A DNA stretch of 20,400 nt from IMG/VR virus record IMGVR_UViG_2734482547_000016, one strand, 5' to 3'. This DNA is from a virus (Duplodnaviria; Heunggongvirae; Uroviricota; Caudoviricetes). The notes beneath the pieces are model-generated. The model did no database searches and was not told the DNA's origin. It saw nothing but the letters and a program-made list of their open reading frames with translations. Both the position numbers and the translations under genes were made by a program. Positions within the stretch are counted from its first letter, which is position 1. Each line of letters starts with the position of its first letter. Positions 1 to 8,351 of the stretch are shown here, piece by piece.

Positions 1-393
1 ATTCAGGTTATGCCGCTCAATTCGCTGCGTATATCGCTTGCTGATTACGTGCAGCTTTCCCTTCAGGCGGGATTCATACAGCGGCCAGCCATCCGTCATC
101 CATATCACCACGTCAAAGGGTGACAGCAGGCTCATAAGACGCCCCAGCGTCGCCATAGTGCGTTCACCGAAGACGTGCGCCACAACCGTCCTCCGTATCC
201 TGTCATACGCGTAAAACAGCCAGCGCTGACGTGATTTAGCACCGACGTAGCCCCACTGTTCGTCCATTTCAGCGCAGACAATCACATCACTGCCCGGCTG
301 TATGCGCGAGGTTACCGACTGCGGCCTGAGTTTTTTAAGTGACGTAAAATCGTGTTGAGGCCAACGCCCATAATGCGGGCGGTTGCCCGGCAT
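1..393 (-). CDS. insB: IS1 InsB transposase, 3' end lies beyond the window start (partial)
   Basis: Reverse-strand translation from the window start gives ...[18 protein letters not shown], and upstream [29 protein letters not shown]..., matching IS1 InsB; it overlaps insA in a different frame as expected for the insAB' frameshift arrangement. Confidence 0.8.
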   Translation of the reverse strand, partial: MPGNRPHYGRWPQHDFTSLKKLRPQSVTSRIQPGSDVIVCAEMDEQWGYVGAKSRQRWLFYAYDRIRRTVVAHVFGERTMATLGRLMSLLSPFDVVIWMTDGWPLYESRLKGKLHVISKRYTQRIERHNLN

Positions 394-587
394 CCAACAC
401 CATTCATGGCCATATCAATGATTTTCTGGTGTGTACCGGGTTGAGAAGCGGTGTAAGTGAACTGCAGTTGCCATGTTTTACGGCAGTGAGAGCAGAGATA
501 GCGCTGATGTCCGGCAGTACTTTTACCGTTACGCACCACGCCTTCAGTAGCTGAGCAGGAGGGACAACTGATGGAGATGGAAGCCAC
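312..587 (-). CDS. insA: IS1 InsA (transposition regulator, zinc-finger/HTH)
   Basis: 91-aa [46 protein letters not shown]... recognised as IS1 InsA; CxxC...CxxC motif present. Confidence 0.9.
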   Translation of the reverse strand: MASISISCPSCSATEGVVRNGKSTAGHQRYLCSHCRKTWQLQFTYTASQPGTHQKIIDMAMNGVGCRATARIMGVGLNTILRHLKNSGRSR

Positions 588-1474
588 GGGAGCACCTCAA
601 AAACACCATCATACACTAAATCAGTAAGTTGGCACCATTACCCACAAAGTCTGCGTGGGATATTCTGAAAGAATATCCATAATGTGGAGAGAATCTATTG
701 AAGTGCATGGTGCCGGGTGCCTCCCGGTGAACAAAATGTTCGTGATACCTGTCGGCGACAGAAAAGGTTAATGGTATCACCCCACCGCACAGGGGGATTC
801 ACCATGCAGGAGTTTTCTTAGCAAACTCACTGCGCGCCCGGCAACTCCCAACCACATAAAATGCGGAGTTTGTGGCATTTATGCATATAACTCGCAGGAA
901 TTATCTTAAAAAACTGATGTCGATCCGGATTAAAAAGAAGCAGGTCATCATCAGATGACTGGAAAAAAGGAAAACAAAAAATACTCATCATACAGTTTTG
1001 ATTGCAGGGATGAGCCTGCTATGCACAATATGCAGAATATAAGCAAGATAAAAATATGCAGGCATATTATTTCGGATTTTGTTATTAACACAACCTTTTT
1101 AATAATCATTTGGCATACAATAAACCAGCCCAAAAAGAACCGCCTAAACAGGCGGTTGGTCAATACAAAGGATGCTTCGTCTTTATTATAGTAATCTGAG
1201 GCGTCGGGTGTCTTGTATCAGACAACATATTGTCCCGCTAAACAGCGAATTACAAACCACCCTGCAATGATCTCTCATCTCATTTTATATGAGTTGACGA
1301 CATCAGGATAACGCATCATCAGCCCCTGCCAAGAAATATCAAAACTCCCGCCAGCAATGTGTTATCACAATATTGTAAAAAAAACACAGCACCGAAACTA
1401 TAACTGGTCTCTGTTATAATTTGGAGCAGAAAGACCAGTTGCCCAACTAGCAGCATTCTCCCCTGCTTTCCTGA

Positions 1475-1507
1475 CGTAAAAAAACCGCATTAAGCGGTTT
1501 TTTTACG
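1475..1507. terminator. Bidirectional intrinsic terminator (14-bp perfect stem, 5-nt loop, A-run and T-run flanks)
   Basis: CGTAAAAAAACCGC-ATTAA-GCGGTTTTTTTACG; lies about 80 nt downstream of the Q-like gene on the minus strand, the position of a tR'-like terminator. Confidence 0.6.
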
Positions 1508-1584
1508 ATGTCCATGTCTGCAATCCGCCTCGCGATACAGCTTTGCGAAGCATAGCAAAATTGAAGCAGTTTATACGTAAGAAA

Positions 1585-2127
1585 TCAAGCCATTTTCTCA
1601 GCAAATGATTCACGCATGGGAATATATAGGGCATACTCAGCAACAGCTAACCAATTAGCAATCCGTTTTTCGCATGTGCTAAAACACCACTCTGGGTGTG
1701 CATCATTTAGCAATTCAGCCATTTTGCGCTTAGTCATCCCCCGCCCTTCATAGCGTTGCCGGAGAATGCAAATCAATCCTGGATGCTCTGCCAGCACCTC
1801 ACTTATGACTCGATCAATACATAACGCCTCTGCATCAGTACAATGCGCCAGCCAGCTCTTTTGCTTGCCGTTGATCATCTCTCGCAAAAACGCTTCCAGC
1901 TCAGCTTTCTCTATTCCCGCTTTTTTCATTCTGCGCAGGGCTTCATTAATGGCTGTTTTCGTCAGTTTTTTGGATGCCAACAACTGATTGAACATATTCC
2001 CTGACCTGCCACCGCCAATATACGACCAGCGCCCCCACATACGCAGTTTGCCCTGAATCCAGACACTTTCCAGCGTGGCGAGACGAAGGTGTTCTCCGCT
2101 TTTTCCTGTATTCGTTGGGTAAATCAC
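1585..2127 (-). CDS. Putative late-gene antiterminator (Q-like), copy A, 180 aa
   Basis: Last gene of the nin-like region, start overlapping the stop of a ybcO-like ORF (ATGA arrangement), followed by a short leader and strong terminator. Assigned from position and size; family not verified. Confidence 0.5.
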   Translation of the reverse strand: MIYPTNTGKSGEHLRLATLESVWIQGKLRMWGRWSYIGGGRSGNMFNQLLASKKLTKTAINEALRRMKKAGIEKAELEAFLREMINGKQKSWLAHCTDAEALCIDRVISEVLAEHPGLICILRQRYEGRGMTKRKMAELLNDAHPEWCFSTCEKRIANWLAVAEYALYIPMRESFAEKMA

Positions 2128-2233
2128 AAATATCCCTCCTTTCTCCAGATTTCTTGTGTGCGAAAAACACCTTCTGCATGCATCAGGCGTAATTCTTCTT
2201 TGGTGTAATCGCTGGTTTTTACCCGCCCGTCGA
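2124..2233 (-). CDS. YbcO-like (DUF1364-type putative nuclease) copy A, C-terminal fragment running into the N gap
   Basis: Translation ...DGRVKTSDYTKEELRLMHAEGVFRTQEIWRKEGYL is identical to the C-terminus of the complete ybcO-like ORF at 3004..3294. Confidence 0.6.
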
Positions 2234-2483
2234 NNNNNNNNNNNNNNNNNNNNNNNNNNNNNNNNNNNNNNNNNNNNNNNNNNNNNNNNNNNNNNNNNNN
2301 NNNNNNNNNNNNNNNNNNNNNNNNNNNNNNNNNNNNNNNNNNNNNNNNNNNNNNNNNNNNNNNNNNNNNNNNNNNNNNNNNNNNNNNNNNNNNNNNNNNN
2401 NNNNNNNNNNNNNNNNNNNNNNNNNNNNNNNNNNNNNNNNNNNNNNNNNNNNNNNNNNNNNNNNNNNNNNNNNNNNNNNNNNN
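2234..2483. other. Run of 250 N (assembly gap or masked sequence)
   Basis: Directly visible; interrupts ybcO-like copy A and the 3' end of Q-like copy B. Confidence 1.
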
Positions 2484-3007
2484 AAAGCCATAACCATTGG
2501 TTTGTACAAAATAAATTCTGCCACCTTTAGCCAATGCTCAATGCGTCTTTCACAGGTTCTTAAACTCCATTTCGGGTGTGCATCATTCAGCAGTTCAGCC
2601 ATTTTGCGTTTGGTCATCCCCCGCCCCTCATACCGTTGCCGAAGGACGCTAATCAATCCTGGATGCTCTGCCAGCACCTCACTTATGACCCGATCAATAC
2701 ATAACGCCTCTGCATCAGTACAATGCGCCAGCCAGCTCTTTTGCTTACCGTTAATCATATCCCGCAAAAAAGCCTCAAGTTCAGACTTGTTCAGACCTGC
2801 TTTTTTCATCCTCCGGAGCGCCTCGTTAATTGCCGTTTTTGTCAGCTTTTTAGAGGTCAACATCAGGTTAAACATATTCCCCGTCTTACCGCCACCAATA
2901 TACGACCAGCGCCCCCACATACGTAGTTTTCCCTGAATCCAGACACTTTCCAGCGTGGTGAGACGAAGGTGTTCTCCGCTTTTTCCTGTATTCGTTGGGT
3001 AAATCAT
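2484..3007 (-). CDS. Putative late-gene antiterminator (Q-like), copy B; 3' end lost in the N gap
   Basis: Start MIYPTNTGKSGEHLRL... at 3007 overlapping the ybcO-like stop; about 90% identical to copy A over the first ~145 aa by eye, but with a divergent C-terminal segment (…KWSLRTCERRIEHWLKVAEFILYKPMVMA… versus …EWCFSTCEKRIANWLAVAEYALYIPMRESFAEKMA). Confidence 0.5.
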
Positions 3008-3294
3008 AAATATCCCTCCTTTCTCCAGATTTCTTGTGTGCGAAAAACACCTTCTGCATGCATCAGGCGTAATTCTTCTTTGGTGTAATCGCTGGTTTTT
3101 ACCCGCCCGTCGATTAAATCGTGGCACGAGCTACAGGCAATCGCTGCCTGCATATCGTGTGGCTTTATCGCTGTTCCGCACGTTCCCGCCAGTCGGTAAT
3201 GCGCCAGCACAGACGTTTCCGGATCGTGATTGCAGTAGCCAGGAATTCTGACGGTGCACATCTGCCCCCGCGCCGCTTTACGTAAATCCACCAT
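3004..3294 (-). CDS. YbcO-like protein (DUF1364-type putative nuclease, Cys/His-rich), 96 aa
   Basis: MVDLRKAARGQMCTVRIPGYCNHDPETSVLAHYRLAGTCGTAIKPHDMQAAIACSSCHDLIDGR... resembles the DLP12 YbcO family as I recall it. The ORF track extends to 3375; the start was chosen by homology-consistent length. Confidence 0.65.
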   Translation of the reverse strand: MVDLRKAARGQMCTVRIPGYCNHDPETSVLAHYRLAGTCGTAIKPHDMQAAIACSSCHDLIDGRVKTSDYTKEELRLMHAEGVFRTQEIWRKEGYL

Positions 3295-3468
3295 TACGCA
3301 AACTCCAGTAGCTGCGCGGCCACATTTTCGACCTGTTCCGGAGAGGAAAATTTTCGGTACAGGATCCAGTTCCACAGCACATTCAGTACAGATTTATAAA
3401 CCTGCTGAAACTCGGTTTCCTCCATATTCGCAAACGCGATAGATTTCGCCCGACGCCCACGACTACCA

Positions 3469-3718
3469 NNNNNNNNNNNNNNNNNNNNNNNNNNNNNNNN
3501 NNNNNNNNNNNNNNNNNNNNNNNNNNNNNNNNNNNNNNNNNNNNNNNNNNNNNNNNNNNNNNNNNNNNNNNNNNNNNNNNNNNNNNNNNNNNNNNNNNNN
3601 NNNNNNNNNNNNNNNNNNNNNNNNNNNNNNNNNNNNNNNNNNNNNNNNNNNNNNNNNNNNNNNNNNNNNNNNNNNNNNNNNNNNNNNNNNNNNNNNNNNN
3701 NNNNNNNNNNNNNNNNNN
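3469..3718. other. Run of 250 N (assembly gap or masked sequence)
   Basis: Directly visible; removes most of the ybcN-like gene. Confidence 1.
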
Positions 3719-3901
3719 GTAATCGAATCCCAGTTGCAGGAGTTTGAAAAAACGCTTGTGGAATGCGTAGTTACGCACACGCTTAAAGTCTGCGTGTATC
3801 CACTCACCTATTTTGATTTGATGCAGAAAATCGCAACTCTCCGGCGTCGCCGGGAGAAGTAAACCAGAAGAAGTTTGTTTGACCAGTTGTATATGCGCCA
3901 T
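3719..3901 (-). CDS. YbcN-like (DUF1367-type) nin-region protein, N-terminal 61 aa only; the rest is in the N gap
   Basis: MAHIQLVKQTSSGLLLPATPESCDFLHQIKIGEWIHADFKRVRNYAFHKRFFKLLQLGFDY... resembles the N-terminus of lambdoid YbcN-family proteins. The ORF-track segment 3383..3468 is in frame only by coincidence of N counting. Confidence 0.55.
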
Positions 3902-4176
3902 TTCTCAATCTCTCGATGGCGCAGTGCAGCAGATGCCAGTTGTTCAGGCTGACGTATAAAGTATAAATAAACTGGTTCCAGTGTAAAGCCCCCACATTGA
4001 TGGAATAAAAATCAAACAATAGATTGCTGGGATAAAAATACAACGCTTATTATTAAAAGCGGTTAGACAAATTAAATTTTAATGTTATGCAAATCTGCCA
4101 GATTAGCATAATATCTCATTTGAAAACCGCTGAAATAACAATCTTACCAGGATTAATCATATTAAGGTGAGTAAAT

Positions 4177-4263
4177 ATGGAAAACAACAAATCTGCACAT
4201 TACGCTCCTTTTTTATCTGTAATACTTTTTGTATTTTGTTGTGTATGGGCGGTATTTTTATAA
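4177..4263 (+). CDS. Candidate small hydrophobic peptide (28 aa, one predicted transmembrane helix)
   Basis: MENNKSAHYAPFLSVILFVFCCVWAVFL; SD-like AAGGTGAG 6 nt upstream of the ATG; stop lies 14 nt before a strong intrinsic terminator. Below the ORF-track size cutoff. Confidence 0.3.
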   Translation: MENNKSAHYAPFLSVILFVFCCVWAVFL

Positions 4264-4276
4264 AACACACCCACAA

Positions 4277-4310
4277 ATAAATCAAACCCGCTACAGCGGG
4301 TTTGATTTAT
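4277..4310. terminator. Bidirectional intrinsic terminator (15-bp perfect stem ATAAATCAAACCCGC / GCGGGTTTGATTTAT, loop TACA)
   Basis: Immediately downstream of the S8 peptidase stop on the minus strand and of the small ORF on the plus strand; A/T-rich flanks. Confidence 0.7.
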
Positions 4311-4317
4311 ATAGTTG

Positions 4318-6582
4318 TTATACGGAAACTGGCACACGAGCAGGCAATGGATAGTGAGCCCAGTTATTAGCATTTAAAGCTCTTACGCCATCAGCATAAA
4401 CTTGTGTGTTTCCATCTAATGATTTTAAAGTTACTACAATAGTTACAGGTAAAGGCTCCATTAAGGCCGGTTCATTCGCTCTCAACGTTGTTTTAGCCTG
4501 AAGAGCCCAGTTACCCGAAGTAATTCCTTTATTAAATGCCTTGCGATGAATTTTTACTGGTGACCACTTTCCACCATGCTCAATTTGAGCTCTCTCATAT
4601 CCAGATTGACCGTTTTCTCCTTCCATAGGCACTTTTCCTTTTATAGTATTATTCTCAATTAAGCCAAAACTTAGCTCTACGTTCGCGCGAACATATTCAC
4701 TGCCGGCATTAGGGTTCAGTGGTGGTGCATATGCAGCAGTAATTACAATCTCACCTTTAAATTTTCCATTTTGAATAAGTGCCGATGGTATGGGATAGTT
4801 TTCCTTTCTCCACCTCACCCCAGGAACCAAGAATGTTTGGAAAATCAGAGTAAACCTATCATCACTATCATATAAGGTCTCAATAACTTCATTAGGAATT
4901 CCCGCTCCCAAATAGCGTCTTTCACTTGGCGAGTAATCAGGAGAAGATAATTGAGCGGAATGAATTAATAATGCTTTAATCAATGATGGTGAAACATTAA
5001 AGTCTGAATTAGTGGCTATTCTCTGCCATGTATGCGCAGCTAAACTTGCCACAATTGGAGCAGCAAAACTAGTACCAAAATTAGAGCAAAGCCTATTATC
5101 TGGCCCTACGACCTTTAAACTGCTTGCTCCTACATTCCAAGGTCTATGAACCCCACCGCCAGCATGGATTATATCTGGCTTTGGAGTAAATACAGGCCCA
5201 GGGCCACGACGAGTATATGGTGTCGGTGTTCCAATTTCACTTAAAGCATCATTAGCTTCCATATGAGAAACTGAACCAACTGTTAGTGCTCGGACTGACT
5301 CTCCAGGAGAGGAAATTAAATCAGCACCTCCAAGCGGATCAGGATTTGGCCATGTACGTATAGGTTCATCTACATAATTACCTGCAGCAACTACAAACAA
5401 AATACCAAATTTATCGCTGAGTCGATCTAACTCCATCGCAAAATCACTAAACGTCTGCTCATTACATGGTCCGCCTCCCAAAGACAAATTCCAGACTTTT
5501 ATATCTGGTCTTTTATTTACAGCATCTGCTAGCCTCAGAATTAAATCTGATATATAAGATCCATTTTCATCTAAAGCACAAACATCATGGATTTTAGATT
5601 TTGTATCAGGAATCCATGGATGATTGTCATTTAAAAAATGAGCGCCTGATATCAATGAAGACACCATAGTCCCATGTTCATAACTCGTATCAGGAGGAAT
5701 TACGTATGTTTCCCTACTCACTACCCAAGGAGTAATTGTTGCCGCGATGGGGCTTACCCCAGTGTCAAATACAGCAACAATGGGTAATTCTTCTGATGGT
5801 ACGGGAAAGCTATTTGTTTCAATGCCAACAGAATCACTTACACTAACCGGGAATGCTGAATATTTTGGTTCTGGAATTAACGTTCTTATACCCGGGTAAT
5901 CAATGAGAATGTCTAATATATATCTATCATTTGGGGATAAATCCATTATCCTTAATAAGGGAAGACCACATTTTTGTCTAATCTCATCATATTTAACTCC
6001 GTGTTGTTCTAATATAGAAATAACGTTTTCATAGTTGTTGTAAGTTGCATCTTCACCTGTGTACTCAAATAGTCGTACAAGGATGTTTGATGATTCAAAC
6101 AAACCATCAGTGCCTCCTGGAACCTTCCTATTCTCATCCCAAGGTTCAATGCGCTCAATCGCGCTTAGATTAGCCAAAATCGCTTTAATATTCCGATGTA
6201 AAATGACTGACTCTAATACGTCAAAACAGCCGGCATGAGCAGCAACCAACATTTCATCTATTTTGGCATGACCGGCATTTTGCAATCCAGCATCTTGAGC
6301 AATTTTGTTCGGCCTATGCGTTTTGGCTATTCCCTGGTCTCTTAATTTGAAAACCAAAGTACCCAAGCTTCCAGGGTACTCTGAAAGTTTGGATTCTAAA
6401 TAATGTTTACTGGTTGTTAAATTTCTTACTAGCCCTTGTCTATATTCGGCTGTTACATCAACCAATACCTTTGCCCCACCGCCAGCGTTTACTATTGCAC
6501 CCAAGTCACTACTGGAAAAAGGGATTCTTAACATTGGGTTTGTAACTTTTGCGTTACTAAACTGTGTACCCCTTCTGCTCAT
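4318..6582 (-). CDS. Subtilisin-like S8 serine peptidase, 754 aa, no signal peptide, with long N- and C-terminal extensions
   Basis: Asp-His-Ser order with canonical motifs: VAVFDTG (Asp273), HGTMVSS (His303), AAGN oxyanion Asn (about 402), GTSFAAP (Ser505). N-terminus is hydrophilic. SD AGGAG upstream; start overlaps the upstream ATPase ORF by 26 nt. Confidence 0.85.
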   Translation of the reverse strand: MSRRGTQFSNAKVTNPMLRIPFSSSDLGAIVNAGGGAKVLVDVTAEYRQGLVRNLTTSKHYLESKLSEYPGSLGTLVFKLRDQGIAKTHRPNKIAQDAGLQNAGHAKIDEMLVAAHAGCFDVLESVILHRNIKAILANLSAIERIEPWDENRKVPGGTDGLFESSNILVRLFEYTGEDATYNNYENVISILEQHGVKYDEIRQKCGLPLLRIMDLSPNDRYILDILIDYPGIRTLIPEPKYSAFPVSVSDSVGIETNSFPVPSEELPIVAVFDTGVSPIAATITPWVVSRETYVIPPDTSYEHGTMVSSLISGAHFLNDNHPWIPDTKSKIHDVCALDENGSYISDLILRLADAVNKRPDIKVWNLSLGGGPCNEQTFSDFAMELDRLSDKFGILFVVAAGNYVDEPIRTWPNPDPLGGADLISSPGESVRALTVGSVSHMEANDALSEIGTPTPYTRRGPGPVFTPKPDIIHAGGGVHRPWNVGASSLKVVGPDNRLCSNFGTSFAAPIVASLAAHTWQRIATNSDFNVSPSLIKALLIHSAQLSSPDYSPSERRYLGAGIPNEVIETLYDSDDRFTLIFQTFLVPGVRWRKENYPIPSALIQNGKFKGEIVITAAYAPPLNPNAGSEYVRANVELSFGLIENNTIKGKVPMEGENGQSGYERAQIEHGGKWSPVKIHRKAFNKGITSGNWALQAKTTLRANEPALMEPLPVTIVVTLKSLDGNTQVYADGVRALNANNWAHYPLPARVPVSV

Positions 6583-7711
6583 ATGCTCCTGACTCCTTCA
6601 GAATGTTTGAAATTACTCTTGATGTAAGTTTGTACAAATTAGCAAGAACTCTGATAGAAAATAATTTTTTATCTTTAGAACGTAACCAACGAATTTCATC
6701 TTCGTAAGTGCTTAAATTTACACCTTCCATAAGCGATTGAGCAAGATACAAACGCCTATACAATTTATGGTGATTTATCACACTTGCACCTTCAATAACT
6801 GCATCCCTACGTGCATCCAAGCTCACCTGTTCAATTATTGCTCCGGATAATCCTTCCGATTTTCTTGATAAATCACTTAAATCTAGATCGCAACATATCA
6901 TATTCTTTAAACGATTTTTCCAAATTAACTCTCTCTGATGTATGTCAGGCAGAGGCATTGGAATTCTGAAGCTAAATCGCCTCCAGATTGCAGGATCCAG
7001 AAGTTGCTCATGGTTAGTTGAGGCAATAATTACCGTATCCTCTGATGCCGCATCCATATTCTGCAATAGTGAAATGACAACTCGCTGAAGCTCACCTATA
7101 TCTCTCTCATTACCTCTTGCTCCAGCTAAAGCATCAAATTCGTCTAAAAAAAGCACTGATGGCCTCTGCATTACATAATCGAAAACCTGTCTAAGATTTT
7201 TGCTGGTTTGTCCCAATAAACTACTAATCAAAGTATCGCAACGCACTGTAAGAAGTGGAAAATCTAAGCGGGTAGCGATGTACTTAGATAACATAGTCTT
7301 ACCTGTTCCTGGCTTTCCATACACGAGCATACGACTCGGCAATGCTGCATCAGCTTTAACAAACTCATCATAACGTTGAACATTAGTGATAAACTCTTCA
7401 ACACGGGTACTGATTGCTGCAGGCAGAAAAATCTCTGAACTGTCTAATTTAGGATAACTGACATCAACAGTGTTGAGTCGACTATCAATATCTACCGGTA
7501 ATGAGCCCAGAGATATCCCACCTCCAGCCCTTTGAGCTCCTGCCAACGCCTGGGGAGCTCTAAGCAACCTTTCTCTTATCATTCTGGCTTGCTTGACCTC
7601 CCCTTTTTGTTCGAGCTTATCTGCCAGCAACCCAGCATAATTACTAGCCATCGAAGCATTTGCCTTTGTTGCACCTTCAATGATTTTTAACACTTCTGAT
7701 AAATAATCCAT
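6557..7711 (-). CDS. AAA+ ATPase, 384 aa
   Basis: Walker A GKPGTGKT (aa 132-139), Walker B VLFLDEFD (aa 186-193), downstream IIASTN sensor-1-like motif; no TM segment; translationally coupled to the peptidase gene. Confidence 0.85.
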   Translation of the reverse strand: MDYLSEVLKIIEGATKANASMASNYAGLLADKLEQKGEVKQARMIRERLLRAPQALAGAQRAGGGISLGSLPVDIDSRLNTVDVSYPKLDSSEIFLPAAISTRVEEFITNVQRYDEFVKADAALPSRMLVYGKPGTGKTMLSKYIATRLDFPLLTVRCDTLISSLLGQTSKNLRQVFDYVMQRPSVLFLDEFDALAGARGNERDIGELQRVVISLLQNMDAASEDTVIIASTNHEQLLDPAIWRRFSFRIPMPLPDIHQRELIWKNRLKNMICCDLDLSDLSRKSEGLSGAIIEQVSLDARRDAVIEGASVINHHKLYRRLYLAQSLMEGVNLSTYEDEIRWLRSKDKKLFSIRVLANLYKLTSRVISNILKESGAYEQKGYTV

Positions 7712-7904
7712 TCAACACTCCCACAACAAAAAGCCACAGCAATCAAAAAATGAGCACGCAGAATCAAAATACTCTCTAATCGTAACGCATTTTGAGATTT
7801 TTGATACGTTTTTTTGGGATTATGTAACGCCAAATGGTCATTTTGTGTCAGAAAAATAAATCTTAGTACCGAGAATATGTAGCTTCCATCCTTCATCGTT
7901 CTAT

Positions 7905-8336
7905 TCATCCCTGATCTCCAAGCCTCTCTCGAAAACCATTCTGATAAAACGCCAGCACACGCTGCATAACTTCACTCTTCCGGCACTCGCGACAGATTAT
8001 GTTCAGACGCCTGTCGTAGCGGCGTATTTCTCCGTCTGGTAATGACCAGATAAGGTCCGGATCAACCACAGATGGTTTCTTCACCTTTGCCCTGGATAGT
8101 TTTTTGCGGGCATTTTGCCAGTCCTTACGAGCCTGTTCAGACGGGAATAACCCGTAACCAGAGTTGTATACATCGCCACTGGCAACCAGCTCTCTGGCGA
8201 GAACGCTCATCAGATATCTTGTCGCACCTGTCTTGGCCTCCAGTTGTCGTAACGTCTCGCGTCCACTCCGGCGTACTAGCTCAACAACCTGCCCTTTAAT
8301 TTTTTCCCGCTCTTCTTGTGTAAATACTTTTGCCAT
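7905..8336 (-). CDS. Hypothetical phage protein, about 143 aa
   Basis: ORF with GGAGG 5 nt upstream of ATG (MAKVFTQEEREKIKGQVVELVRRSG...); basic and charged. The ORF-track start at 8351 is a TTG; the ATG at 8336 is preferred. Confidence 0.5.
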   Translation of the reverse strand: MAKVFTQEEREKIKGQVVELVRRSGRETLRQLEAKTGATRYLMSVLARELVASGDVYNSGYGLFPSEQARKDWQNARKKLSRAKVKKPSVVDPDLIWSLPDGEIRRYDRRLNIICRECRKSEVMQRVLAFYQNGFRERLGDQG

Positions 8337-8351
8337 AAGCGCCTCCGGCAA

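Larger units (their letters stand above)
1..642 (-). mobile_element. IS1 insertion sequence, truncated by the window edge (about 642 of roughly 768 bp)
   Basis: Terminal sequence GGTAATGGTGCCAACTTACTGATTTAGTGTATGATGGTGTTTTTGAGGTGCTC on the minus strand ending at about 642 matches the IS1 inverted-repeat end as I recall it; insA and a partial insB follow in the expected order with overlapping frames. Confidence 0.9.

Noticed and set aside
951-1191. Overlapping 70-aa (minus) and 78-aa (plus) ORFs in the AT-rich region between IS1 and the Q terminator
   Set aside because: Low-complexity AT-rich sequence, no convincing RBS, mutually overlapping; possibly a remnant of degraded late-region sequence but not supportable as genes.
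2124-3901. ORF-track entries spanning the N runs (2124..2534, 2156..2530, 2219..3127 N-terminal extension, 3383..3901, 3463..3807)
   Set aside because: N stretches are translated as X and merge unrelated frames; only the sequence-supported portions were annotated.
3804-4043. 79-aa minus-strand ORF overlapping the ybcN-like start
   Set aside because: Overlaps the better-supported ybcN-like N-terminus in another frame and extends into an AT-rich spacer; no RBS.
7815-7835. Isolated TGTAACGCC half-site upstream of the ATPase gene, resembling the iteron half-site
   Set aside because: A single 8-9-mer occurrence is compatible with chance in a 20-kb window; no palindromic partner.
7687-7908. 73-aa minus-strand ORF in the spacer upstream of the ATPase gene
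   Set aside because: Overlaps the ATPase start and the likely promoter region; no RBS; more likely non-coding regulatory sequence.
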